A DNA stretch of 64,000 nucleotides from Eledone cirrhosa (Eukaryota), in contig OZ024742.1 of assembly GCA_964016885.1 (NCBI GenBank), forward strand, positions 37,634,001 to 37,698,000, in the 5' to 3' direction. Below the pieces are notes generated by a model. The model was not told the origin of the DNA. It made no database searches and worked only from the letters and a program-made list of their open reading frames with translations. Positions 15,929 to 28,974 of the stretch are shown piece by piece. Position 1 is the first letter of the stretch, and each line of letters starts with the position of its first letter. The translations under genes were made by a program, and so were the position numbers.

Positions 15929-15979
15929 CATATACATACATATATATATACACATACACACATCAACTACAAATATATA

Positions 15980-16020
<41 letters not shown>

Positions 16021-16122
16021 TCACATATACATGCGCACATACGTACATATATACACATACACACATATACACATAGACGTATACATGTGCATACATATAC
16101 ATACACACATATACCCACATAA

Positions 16123-16153
<31 letters not shown>

Positions 16154-16872
16154 TACACATATATATATATACACACATATATATATATATACACACAATC
16201 ATACACCCTTATTTACATGCGCACATATGTATTTTTATACTCACATACAAACACCCAAACATACATACCTACCTACATATACATACATACATCCACGCTT
16301 ACAAATACAAATAATAATAGGGGGGGGGGGAAGGCGGGAGAAGGGGATTATAGTAAATATAGGTTTCAAGAAACATAGAATATTAATCTGCATTTAGATC
16401 ATAATATGTGTTTACATAGTAGTTTCAGTATTAGGAAATGTAAGAAAGAAGGCAAAATTATGCATTTTAATATAAGTAGACTATTAATTATAGGTTAACT
16501 AAATTAAAGATAGTTAATATATTGATTTCTAAGGTGTATACTACTTAGGTTTATAATATTTGAAGCGGAATTTTGAAGTTAAATAGTAGTAGAGTATTAA
16601 TTATAGTATAACTAAATTAAAATTATTAACGTTATGGTATCAATATTAGGAAATGAATTTAGTAATAGGGAAAAAAACAAATAAAGTATTACATCGGTAG
16701 TAGAATATAAATTATAGGTTAACTAAATTAAAAATTATATATTAATTTCTATAGTATATGTTAATTTGGTTTATAATAATTAAAACAGATATTGTATTTT
16801 ATCTATAGTAGAATATAATTATAGGTAAACAGAATTTAAAATTAATACATACACATATATATATATACATAT

Positions 16873-16969
<97 letters not shown>

Positions 16970-17449
16970 TATACATACATATACATATTTTTTCAAAAAT
17001 TGCAAAGAATATATTAACTAGGTATACATCCAAAACCTATCTCAGTCTATGATTACAAGACACTCTGCAATCCATCTGTATTAGGATATTAATTTTAAGC
17101 CAATTAAATTAAATTTTTAGGTTAAACAAATTTAAAACCAAATTATAAATATATTTCTAAAATGTACATTAATTAGGTCTATAATATTAAAAATTATTTC
17201 TCTGTCATTGAATACACGATATTTTGTTATATTTTATCTGTAAAGGAATTTTAATAAAAGGTTAAATAAATTAAAATTAATCTATAAATTAATTTACGAA
17301 GTATATATTAGTAATATTTAAAAGTTTTTCACAATTTATGATTACACAATATTTTATAATCTCATCTGTAGTAGAATTTTAATTAAATTAAATTTATAGG
17401 TTAACTAACATTTAAATTAAATTATATATTAATTTCTAAAATAATGTTA

Positions 17450-19586
17450 TTAATTAGGTTTATAATATTTAAATGTTTTTCTTAGTTTATGATTACACGA
17501 TATAATTAATTCCTGTCGTTTATTTAATAGGATATCCTTAGATTTCATTATTTCAAATAGTTCTTGGGAACATAATCTACATTCATTTCTATTATTTTGA
17601 TAAGGGGTGGCTCTTTTGAGCACACTCCAGGTCATATCATATTCTATATTCTTATTTTTATAACTATTGATTTTTTCTGCTAGAGATGTTGTATTAGCCA
17701 GTGCGGCATTTTTAAAACTATGTTTGTGGGTATTAAACCTTACCTTAAAATTGTTAGAAGTAGCTCCTATATATGAGCAAATAGAATCTTTAGTTTTAAC
17801 ATTACATTTATAAACTATGTTGTTAACAAGACAATTTCCTTTTAATGGGCAGTTTGCTTTGTTTCTACAGTTACAACCTTTCGTTAATTCTGTATTTGAG
17901 GAGATATTATGGTTAGTTTGATGTATTGGTGGTATACTTATGGTATTCTTACATTTATATGCATTATAGGCACTTATATTTTGTTTTATGTTATTTGTTG
18001 TTGAGTATGAGAATTTAACTGTAGACCTATTTAAGATTTGATGGTATTTGTGGTTTGGCGGGAAGTTTTTCTCTAGGATATAAAAAATTTTTTTAGCAAT
18101 ATTATCCTTAATTTGTAAATTAAATGGAGCATTATACCAAGTAACTCGTCTATTACGGTTTCTATGTTGTTTATTATTTTTATAGGTTGTATCGTGATGT
18201 TTACTAGGAGGATTAATGTTAATGATCTCACCACGCACATTTTTAGTTAGATTTGTAGATTTAGGTGTTTTATCTTGTTTATTAGGAGTTTTATTATTAA
18301 CATTTATTAGAGTTGTATGATGAGTAGTTTTTTGAGAGTTACTATACTTTATATTAGAAGAGTTGTTGGTATTTTGGGGTATAGTGTGGGTGGCATTTAG
18401 GTGTGTACTTTTCATTTGGTGTTTGTTGGTAATATTAGGTTGTATGTTTATAGTATTTTTAGTAGAAGGTATATATTCTAATCTATTTTTGTGGCCACTT
18501 CTATCTAGAGCTTCGTTATAGAAGGTCGCAGTTTTATCAAATACATCTTGGTTAGAAGAAAGGTTAGAAATTCTAAGTGATATATTATATGCAAGGTTTT
18601 TAAGGATAGATTTAGGGTGATTAGATTGTGAGTGTATGTAGTGTAAGTTTTGGTTGGGTTTATGGTAAGGTTGGTAGATACCCGTAGCTAAGTCTAAAGT
18701 TATATCTAGGAAATTTACTACTTTACTTGTTTTTTCAAAAGTAATATGAAGACTATAATAGTCTTTAAGGAAAGTTCTAATATGCTTTTTGTTTTTTTCT
18801 ATTTCTGAAAGGCTAAGGTTGTTGGAAAGAAGAAGACAGTCATCACGATATAAACCACCTTTAAGGTGGGGAAAGGAGGCATTTATGTTGAAAAGGAGAA
18901 AGAGGCCCACAAGATCAGTAATTTGGGCGGAATCGCTTGAACCCATAGTAATATCAAATAGATTACTATATGTGTTTCTGGTCCAGTATTCATTCTGAAA
19001 TTCAATAAGTGTTAGTCTAGCATGTGTAATAATATTAATGTCATCCAAAGTTAAGTTAGATCTATTTTTAGCAAATATCAATGCTTTGTTCAGGAGTATA
19101 GGTGATATAGAAGAATAGTAATTATCTATATCAAATTGTAGAAATGAAGCAGAAGATTTACATCTAATATTTTTAAACCAGTTAATTACCTGGGAAGTGT
19201 TTTCCCAGAGTGGTAAAATAACGTGTTTTCTTATTTGTGGGATGACTCTATCCAAAATTTGTTTGCTAATTATTCCAATATCAGATTTGGAGGGACATAT
19301 AAGTCTTATAGAAGGATTTGAGTTAAAGTTTGATTTATGATCCTTCAGGTTGAAGTGTGGTCTTTTCAATGCCAAAGGTTCAGTTCTATCTTCAATGTTT
19401 AGTTTTTTTACTATGTTGTGTGTTTTGTTGTTGATGTTGGTGAGTGACGCATTATTAGATTTTTTATAATTTTTCCTGAGTTCTTTATATATGAACTCAT
19501 TATAATCTTCAATATCCATGTGATACAAGTTACCAGTTTTGTCCGAGTGGACATGGATTTTTTTAGACTTTTTTAGGTCTAATAGG
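17450..19586 (-). CDS. Penelope-like retroelement polyprotein (RT + C-terminal GIY-YIG endonuclease), 5'-truncated
   Basis: The frame is open from the inversion breakpoint at ~19586 (SDKTGNLY, the PLE DKT motif). RT motifs: [29 protein letters not shown]. Cys cluster [15 protein letters not shown], then IVYKC..YIGAT..RFNTH (GIY-YIG) and CRLC..LLNKR..CNH. No native start codon. Confidence 0.93.
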
Positions 19587-19612
19587 GATGTATATTTTAT
19601 ATTTTACTTGTT

Positions 19613-19708
<96 letters not shown>

Positions 19709-20323
19709 CTTAATATATTTCTTTTTTCTTTTTCTTTTTATTTCTAAATTTATAGATACATTTATAAATAGGCAGTTTGCTGACACCGCTAAATACTGAC
19801 CTCTTCTCCCCCCCCCCCCCCCACCTACTTTCTGTATCTGGATCTAAATATGTGTGGCAGTGTTTATGTGCGCGCATTAATGTCCATATGCTTATGATAA
19901 TAGTATATACACATATATGTGTGTGGGGGTGTGTGTGTGTATGTATGTTCGTGATGGTGTGTATGTTTATGCGTATACGCGCGTGTGTGTGTGAATGTAC
20001 GTATATTATATGTGTGAGTATATGAATGTGTGTATATATTTATTTTTTTATTTTTATATTTATATGTTTATATGAGTATACGTATTTTATCTGTAGATTA
20101 TAAACATACAGAGACATTAGCCTTGAATTTTTGTATTTACATACATCTTTTCGGCATGCGTATGCATGTGAACATATATTTTTATGCATATCTGTGAACG
20201 AAGTTACTTACATATATACACACACCTAATTGTATAAACTTTTTGTGTTTTCATTGGTCAATTTGAACTCTGTTCCCAAACAGACCTGTAATTTTGAATT
20301 GTTGTTATTATCAATAAATATAT

Positions 20324-20477
20324 TTCATTATTTCTGAAGACGGCATATATATGTGTTGGTATGTATATTTAATTTTGATAGTTTGTATAATTTTGTATAA
20401 TTTTGTACATAGATCTGTTGAATATGCATGCCAATTCTAACACATATATATCCTAGAAACGATCGTTAAATAATGAA
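20324..20477 (+). ncRNA. Hammerhead ribozyme with long stem II (inverted pLTR)
   Basis: Perfect 10-bp stem I ttcattattt/aaataatgaa. CTGAAGA at 20334-20340. 115-nt stem II region. GAAA at 20456-20459. Palindromic CGATCG stem III. Cleavage triplet GUU. Confidence 0.78.
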
Positions 20478-20671
20478 CTTTTTTTGTTTAATATAAGGAA
20501 CTGTTTCATTGTTTTATTCATTATTTTTTTAATATTTTATCTTGACTCTGTATTCCGTTTATCTTTCACCGAAAGTGATTTTTAATTACATCTCTTCTTT
20601 CCATGATATCCGGATTACATTGAGTTCTTCATACGGATTGGACACTACCGTAAACTCTTGGTAGATTTATC

Positions 20672-20759
<88 letters not shown>

Positions 20760-21626
20760 TATCATCATCATCATCTTCGTTTAACGTCCATTTTCCATGC
20801 TACCATGGATACATATATATATATGTGTGTGTATCGAGTACTTAGCTGAATATGGTCTTTCTAGTCTAAACTGGTAACTCCCATTATATATATATCTTCC
20901 GGAATATAATATCATCTCACAAAACTAAACAACATGATCTATTAATTAAAATCGACAAGATATGGTTTATAACTTGGTTCTATGCTGATCCATCGTGGAT
21001 TGTGTGATAGACCCGTAGTCTATATATTGCGTTTCATGGATTATGTGAGTGGTGGTGTGCGCGAAGACAGTGGTACTGTTTTGCCTATGTTATAATATGT
21101 TTTATAATATGTTTGATATTTTTGATATTTTGGTGTTTCTCTACATTCGGGACTGTATATCATACAGGTGTATGCGAAAAACTGATTTAACAATACAGCC
21201 CGCATAATACTATCGATTGCCTGCTTCAACTGCCTGATCCTACAAGTAACAATCTGCTGCACTCTAATCCTGTATAAATAAGACATGCATGCATGCTACG
21301 CGTGAGATTGTTTCATACACTGACTTCTCTAAACTTTCTTCTTGCTTTATCTTCATAAACTGCCAATGTTTCATTTTTATTTTTATTTTTATTTTTATTT
21401 TTATTTTTATTTTTATTTTTATTTTTATTTTTATTTTTATTTTTATTTTTATTTTTATTTTTATTTTTATTTTTATTTTTATTTTTATCCTTTAACCTTT
21501 ATATGTAAATTGCCATGCTATATCATTATGATGGATGTCATCCCACTGTGGGTCAATATATGCATATGTTTTTATATGTCTCTTGTGTTGAAAAGGAGGT
21601 CAAGTATGTTATAGATCACTAAATAG

Positions 21627-21675
21627 TTGCTCCGAAGAATCCAAACCTCGGTTTGGAGGAAACAATTGTAAGCAA
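21627..21675 (+). ncRNA. Hammerhead ribozyme, U4>C variant
   Basis: ttgct-CCGAAGA-a tccaaac ctcg gtttgga g-GAAA-caattg-TA-agcaa. Confidence 0.7.
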
Positions 21676-22079
21676 ATAAATGATTTAAACTGAACTTTGA
21701 TTATTGTAATCTCTATATATATCTATATATATTTATACATATAACGGGAGTTACCAGTTTAGACTAGAAAGACCATATTCAGCTAAGTACTCGATACTTG
21801 AGAAAGTAGAGTGTATGTATAGTCAATTGGCATCCGAGAATCTTGTTTCTTATGTCAATAAAATTTATAGTTGCATATACATGTATGTATATTATTATTT
21901 ATTTAACATTCGCTTGTTTTATTTTCAATTTTTATTCACAGTTGTATAAATAATATTACAAATTGTTCACTTCTTTCAGAAGGAAAATATTAACACATAT
22001 ACAAAAACATAAATACAATTAACTATTGCTATGAACTGTACAAATATAACGCACCAAAATTTACGATGAAAGCGAGAGC

Positions 22080-22800
22080 AAAAAAAAAACAAACTAAAAC
22101 AACCATCAATTCACCACCAAGTGTGACAATCAGCCGCACATCACAACACGCTCGCAGCATTACTGTGGGTGATGGCGAGGCTGCACTGAAACAACCAAGC
22201 GCCCTCACGTGCATGACCTAACACCTCACTAAGGCGAGCCGCCAACGATGATAAGAACTTCGCTGTCAGCGGACCAACTCCACCAAACGTCTGAAATGTC
22301 ACAGCCTGGAAAAATTAATTTTTTGACAGTTCCTGGTATTTTCGGATTTTATTCAGTTCAGCAAAGGAAGCAGTGACCCTGCCATTTACCGTAGCATCCA
22401 TGATGTGGGAGGGAGCAAAAGAGTCACTGACTGTGGCATCCCAGATGAAACATCTGCCTCCTATCCAGGCACAAAGGGTAGACAGTCTGGTCCCTTCCCA
22501 TCAATTCTGTATAATCCAGTCAACTCCAGAACTGAGGGGCTATTTACCCGAGCTAGGGCTCGCTTAATGATCAAGTTTAGCTTGGTGTGGTAGGTGAAGC
22601 GACCAGCATTCAGGCAGCAGGACAAACCATGGAGGTTTGTGGAGACGAGGCACCTACCACAGCGACATCTCAGACCTCCACTCAAAGTGCAATGGAGATG
22701 CGGAGCTCATCCAGACTGAATAGACCACCAATGCCGGTGACAGGCAGGGCATCAATCCAGTCCACTGAGAACTTTGCACTTGCAGAAAGTAAGTGTCACC
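22080..22800 (-). mobile_element. Degenerate CRE-like non-LTR retrotransposon C-terminus (CCHC knuckle + restriction-like endonuclease)
   Basis: Reads across frameshifts as CRCG..HGLSC..GRF..H..N..IKRAL..DGKGPD..WDATV..AREGAWLFQ..NAASV. The GC-richer 22900-23500 may belong to it, but I could not recognise it. Confidence 0.72.
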
Positions 22801-23876
22801 TAAAAGATTGATGGATTAATATTTCTTTTTTCAGTAAATTTGTTGATCTATCGTTTTTCCCCCTTTATTTTTAATGAATGTGACCTTCAAACCTGTTGGA
22901 AATGATTCGTTTTTTAGAAATAAATACAGGTATACATCCATGTCACCTTTGCTTTACGTCCTTATTTGAGAGCCACAGATGTCCAGCTACACAGGATCAC
23001 TGTTCACTTTCTTGCATCTGCTTGAAGCAGCAGCAATAATAACGGTTGATACTTTCCTCAAGGATAGATGGAAGAAAAATTGACTGATTAAGGGCGGTGT
23101 AGGGCCAGGTCAATGCATGTTCAAAATGATCCTGTTCTTTTATTCTGTATTCACTTGGATTCCTCCATTTCCAGCATTGCCTTCATCATCGAGAGACCGG
23201 TTGTGTGAGTGACTGATTGCTGTCTTGTAAGGAAGAACAGTCCTTCCTTAGTTTGGCCATAGCCAAACACAATCAGGATTGGCACTATCTGTTGATAAGG
23301 TTTTACGTTCAATAGTAGAGATACGTGTGTTTCCCTTTCTGTCGTTCGAGTAACCTTGAAATGTTCCGATTGAGATCGGTGTTGGGTTAGGTCAGGGCAC
23401 CATTCAGAATGAAGTGCTTAATGGGGAGGCCGCCACACTGCAATCTACCTACACCAATCACTGCCCACTAAGGCAGCTGTAGTTATGGTTATAGCAAACA
23501 CACCATCTTTTACAAAAGAGTTTGGAATTGGGCAATAAAGTAAGGTGACAACTTATTTTTTATATAGTTTTGTACATAAATACTTTTCTCTAAGCACCAA
23601 TCTATACATTTAGTGTTTCATTGACTTTATGAAATTATTTCTGCCTGGATATGCTTTTGAATAGATACAATGTCTATATAGATTCATTTGTTGTCACAAT
23701 AACAAACAATATGACCCTTACCCAGCTTGCATACCTGTATTTAAAAAACAGGTTTAATGAAATAAATCTAACTGTTTTTGATAGGTTTCCAATAACCTGT
23801 ATTTCTTTCTCTAGGTGTAATGCGACACCCAATTAATTAGAATACCATTGATATATATCTGTAGCACAGCAGCAGT

Positions 23877-24502
23877 CATCATCATCATCATCATCATCGT
23901 TTAACGTCCATGTTCCACGCTTGCATGGGTTTGGACGGGAGTTTTCCCACTTGAGGCAAGAGTGGTTGTCTTGCTCGCATAGGACTGTCTGGCGGGTTTT
24001 CTACAGTTGGATGCCCTTCCTAACACCAACCACATTTACAGTGTGGGGCTGGGAGGTTTTTACCGTGTTGCCTACACGGCCACATTACAGCGTGGACTGT
24101 CTGGCGGGTTTTCTACAGTTGAATGCCCTTCCTAACACCAACCACATTTACAGTGTGGGGCTGGGAGGTTTTTACCGTGTTGCCTACACGGCCACATTAC
24201 AGCGTGGACTGTCTGGCGGGTTTTCTACAGTTGGATGCCCTTCCTAACACCAACCACATTTACAGTGTGGGGCTGGGAGGTTTTTACTGTGTTGCCTACA
24301 CGGCCACATTACAGCGTGGACTGTCTGGCGGGTTTTCTACAGCTGGATGCCCTTCCTAACACCAACCACATTTACAGTGTGGGGCTGGGAGGTTTTTACC
24401 GTGTTGCCTACACGGCCACATTACAGCGTGGACTGTGTGTTTTTTTTGTCGTGACACCTACACGATCTCATTTGTTTCGGCCTGGATGTTGTGGCACCAG
24501 TA
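23877..24502 (-). mobile_element. RTE LINE 3' UTR with four tandem 112-bp internal repeats
   Basis: Matches 2425-2720. Units start at 23982, 24094, 24206 and 24318. Confidence 0.9.
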
Positions 24503-24935
24503 TACTTGTTAATTACTACAAGGGAAAAGGTGATGTTCTAGAAAGGAGCAACCACAGAGGAATAAAACTAATAGACCAAGTTATGAAAATGACAGAAAGT
24601 GTTCTAACACAACTAATTAGGGAAATTAGATGAGATGCAGATCAGTTTTGTGCCTGGGAGAAGTACTACAGATGCCCTCTTCCTAGTGAGACAACTACAA
24701 AAGAAGTTCTTAGCTAAGAGTAAGCTGCTATATTTAGCTTTACTTCATCGAGAAAAAACTCTTTGACAGAGTACCCCAATCTGTCATAAGGAAACTAGGT
24801 GTAGAAGAATGACTTGTGAGAGCAGTGCAAGCCATATATAGAGGAGCTGTTTGAAAAGTGAGAGTATGAAAGGAGTTTAGTGAGGAATTCAGTGTACAGA
24901 TAGAAATGCATTATAGTTCACCAGGCCATAACAGA
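24503..24935 (+). mobile_element. Degenerate RTE RT fragment
   Basis: [24 protein letters not shown], homologous to 6035-6480. Confidence 0.8.
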
Positions 24936-25714
24936 GTAGCAGTAGCAGCAGTCGTCGTCTCGCATGTATTAAAATTAACTCTCATTAATAACTGCATTAT
25001 TTCTTTCTAGGGACTATGTTGAAAAATAAACCTCATTTGGTTATTCCATTAGAGTATCTTGGTCAGCCTGTGAACTTTTCAGCCAACATTCAAAGTAGTA
25101 ACATTAGGACTAGCAGTAGTAGTAAAATGTAGTAAACTTCTCAATGTTGAGTCAAATAATTAACTATTGTTCTCGTTTCTAAAAACTAATTTGTATTGCT
25201 TTCTTGCTTCAGCTTCAAAGTAATTTCTTACATTTTGCCAATGTTATCAACCAGAAAGAAACATTCTTTGCATGTGTTTGAATTTGAAAGCCTTACTATT
25301 GGGTACATGGTAGAGATGAAACCGAAGAGAAGAAAAGAAGAAATTATTGTATTTTATGCATATTCAATAGAAATATCAGTCCTTCTTTGTCTCCCACTCT
25401 TAATAGATTGCAATACAAATATTGTCTTTTGAGTATGTTATCTTTCACATCTCATTTGTTACATTTAGGAGGAGATGGGTATTCGTTATATTTTTCTTTA
25501 TAATAATTTCACTGATTGTTCCCTAATAGATTTCTAGCTTACAAGATTTCAAAATCACAAATACAAATAAAAAAAAAAAAAAATGGACTCTTAGAATGAT
25601 ATCGTTCATAATTGTCAAGTTATGATGGTCCATGGGAGATAACTGTGTAACTTTCTTCTCCCTCTCAATAATAAATGTCACACTGCCTTCTCTCTTTCTT
25701 AATATTGAATTGCA

Positions 25715-25890
25715 GCGATATTAGTGGATTGGCAGTATCAGTAGAAGATCGGACGTCATGCTTTGCAGCATAGAGTTACGTTCCTTTACGGTCTGAGTTC
25801 AAATCCCGCCGAGGTTAACTTTGCCTTTCATCCTTACGGGGTCGATAAAATGCTGGCCTTGTGTCAAAAGTAGAAATAATAATTATTATT
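25715..25890 (+). mobile_element. Second tRNA-derived SINE family (degenerate copies also near 33110, 34480, 39940, 43440 and 44340-44700)
   Basis: gagttcaaatcccgccgaggttaactttgcctttcatcc..gtcgataaaat, with (ATT)n tail. Confidence 0.65.
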
Positions 25891-26035
25891 ACTTTGTCAT
25901 GCAGTGTAGAGGGAAAATGCATTGGAGTATCTAGTCATTTGTCAAGTCACAACAAGGACCTCAGACAGATAATACTTTACTTAAAATATGCACAGCGCCT
26001 AGCAAGGCTTATTTTTGTATTACACAAATCTTGCT

Positions 26036-26213
26036 TTAACCCTTTAACATTTGCTTTATCTTACATAATATTGAATCTATGAGATTTTGATATTATCTAT
26101 TTTGAGAACAATACTTTAACATCAGTATGTGTAGCCGGTTACAGCCAGTTCGAAAAGAAAGAGGTGAGAGAATTCTGGCCAGATACAGCTGGTTTAAATG
26201 CGAAAGGGTTAAG
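26036..26213. mobile_element. piggyBac-type MITE (related copies ~37869-38036, ~49020-49214, 53212-53563)
   Basis: TTAA-CCCTTT...AAAGGG-TTAA termini and a shared internal sequence. Confidence 0.65.
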
Positions 26214-26229
26214 GAGTTTTAATTGAATT

Positions 26230-28900
26230 GAACCCTAATGCTCTAATCATAACTGATATCACTTTCACATTACCTCTCGCATTCCAAAGTCTTGCCATCT
26301 CCACATTCAATTTGGAGTACATGGTGATTTTTAAAAACCTCTTCACTCACAATATTTATTCCATTTGGCATGACTGTATCAATGATCTGACAGTATTTTC
26401 TTGTTCAATACCACAAAGTTCAGTTGGCAATGTTCAATTACTCTATCAGTCTGGAAATTATAATCCCAGAATATTGTTGCTTTCACATCTTCCTGGATTA
26501 CTTTACAAGGCACATACTCATACCAATTCTCTGTGACTTCATATTGGTATTTACGACATGACAGCCAATGAAAGACCAGACAGTCTTCATCATGGCGGCG
26601 CTTGTATTCTTTTTGTGCAACTTTCTCACATCCACTTACCAAGTAGGTTACATTTTCCACATTCTTTTCACAAAATCTGTCTTTATGAGTATCAGAAGTT
26701 TTATAGATGTTATACTTCACTGAATTGGTAATAAGAGCTTGGTCTTGTGCTGCAACTATAAGGCTTTCAGTGGTACGCTTCAAATTGCCTTGCTTAAGTC
26801 ATGTCCATGACGTTTTACCCTAGATATCCTGTGTATTTCTTTCAAATTGCTCATGCATTCTCATTTCCAGATCTTCTTTTCTATTTTCTTCAACTCTTTG
26901 GTTAAACACTTCCTTACCAACCATTTCATCTGCATTTATACCCATATCTTCTGCTGCATATTACAACAACTCTTTATCACTGTTTACCAAATATTCTGCA
27001 AGCGTTCTCCTTTCACTCCTTATATAATAATCCACACTGATGAGACCTCTATCACCATTCTTTCTCTTCATCTACAATCTGTTTATATTTGCTTTAGGAT
27101 GTAAAGCTCCATATAATGTCATTAACTTTCTTGTCTTGCTGTCCAACTTTGATATTTCTTTTTCAATCCATCAGAGAATGGATGCACTTTATCTAACCAC
27201 GGCAACTGCTCAGATATTCATTGCAGTGACCAGATTTCTTGCATTCAAGTTGGATTTTTAAATCATTTTTACTCTTTTTAAATATGTCTCTCTAACCTTT
27301 TCTTTCATTTCTGCATGTAAAAATCATCTAATTCTAAAATCCTCAAATATTTGTATTCATTTTTAGTTCCCCCGTGGTTTATTCTGATAGCAGACTTAAT
27401 CCACTACAGGCTGCTTTTCCCCTCTTTTCCTGTTTAGTACAGTGCATTTGGAAATCCGAAATTCCATACCAATAGCTGCTACATATCTGGACTGTTTTAA
27501 CTAAAGAATTTATCTGGTTTTTCCACTTCCAAAATAGTTTCAGGTCATCCATAAACAGAAGATAGTTTATGAATGGTCTTTTCTTTCCACATTGGTAACC
27601 CATTTTAACTTTCCTAAATGTCAGTGCTATGAAAAATAGTAATAGTGAATATGAATCACCTTGGAAACCCTTTTAATTTCTATTTCTCCAAAGAATACAT
27701 TGCTTGAATACGGTCTTCCACTCTCGCATATTATTCAGTTGAAAATCTGTGATGTTGTCAGCAATACCAAACATCTGAAAGCATTCAACAAACCAAGAAT
27801 GAGGCCCCATATCATGTTTTAATCAATCCAAGCCAAAGATGTTGGTATGATGTTTTTACAATGCCTCAACACTGTCTTATCAATCACCAGGTGGTCCTTG
27901 GTACCCTGAGATCTCCTCCTACACTCTTTTTGTAATCTTGGTAATATATTCCTTCCTGTAAAAGAAAAGTATATGCCATCTCTATAGATAAAAAAAACTA
28001 CACCTGATGTACCCCTTCCATACACATGCACACGTGTGTATCATGACTCGTGCACTGTTCATTTTACTGATGTTTGTGCATTGCCCTATGTACTGTGCAT
28101 GCACTTTTTTGATGAGTTGTGGTGTACCTGGGCACTGTACACAATATTTCATTATTGTTATTGTTATTATATCATGACTCATACACTGTTCATTTTCCTG
28201 ACATTTGTACATTACATTATTCTATGTACTATACATGCACCTTTGATGAGTTGTAGTGCACCTGAGCACTGTACACAATAATTTCATTATTATTATTATT
28301 ATTATATTTCAGTAAGTACCTTCCATATTATGTAAGGCATGCTATAGAACTAGTTTCTCACAATATTTCCCTTATTTCTATCTTTTATCATAAGCACTGT
28401 CATTTCCATTACTATCCAAGAGAGAAGAGTACCTCAATGGACACATTCGATTGAGTTGCCAGTCTTACATGAACCACATTGCATTTCTTCAACAAAAAGC
28501 CATGGATCCCATTTGAACCAGGAGCTTTCCAATTAGGTACCTTGGTCACTTGATCCTTCACACCAACTGTGCTTATGATAGTGTCTCTGTCTATTTTCTC
28601 GCAATTCTGTCTGGATGGTTTTTATCCACTCAGCATCCCTTCTATGCATCAGTGTTTCCCCATATCCCATTCCAGAACCTCTTGGCCTTGTCAACATTAG
28701 GAATAGCATCCTTCCCATTGTCTCCTTCTAAAGTGTGGAAGAATTGTTTTGAATTATTTTGGAACAATCTATTCTTCTTCTTATTATATTTGTTCATCTA
28801 TCAACATGTGTTACAGATTGCGCCTGTAATTATCTTATTCCCATTTTTATACATTTTTTATTGGACATTTATTATCATTTCATAGTTAAACTAACCAAGA
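26230..28900 (-). mobile_element. Degenerate R4/Dong-like non-LTR retrotransposon, interrupted by a CR1 3' end
   Basis: GTKDHLVIDK, LLFMDDLKLF, TESLIVAAQDQAL, LVSGC..YKRRHD, IFWD. Confidence 0.75.
27993..28305 (+). mobile_element. CR1-like LINE 3' UTR with internal duplication
   Basis: Matches 32077-32250 and 63185-63355. (TTA)n tail. Confidence 0.75.
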
Positions 28901-28974
28901 TCTTTGTGTACTGGTTGGTTTTTCTCTACCTGTAGCCCTTATGGACTAAACCTGTGTTTATTTTTCAAAGATTC

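Larger units (their letters stand above)
13208..20670 (-). mobile_element. Penelope-like element with long microsatellite-rich 3' region and an inverted pseudo-LTR at its truncated 5' end
   Basis: Contains the ORF above. 13208-14085 is the reverse complement of 19587-20540, apart from repeat-length changes. Each arm holds a hammerhead. Both ends lie in (TA)n. Confidence 0.85.

Noticed and set aside
22373-22811. Plus-strand ORFs with a gtaagt donor, suggesting a host exon
   Set aside because: The minus strand carries CRE-like zinc-knuckle and endonuclease motifs that explain the region.
23160-23420. ~88-codon open frame on the minus strand
   Set aside because: No recognisable motif or splice signals. 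Probably part of the adjacent decayed retroelement.
23982-24436. Regular repeats resembling a CRISPR array (also 45250-45370 and 61500-62050)
   Set aside because: They are head-to-tail tandem units without unique spacers, there are no cas genes, and the context is eukaryotic.
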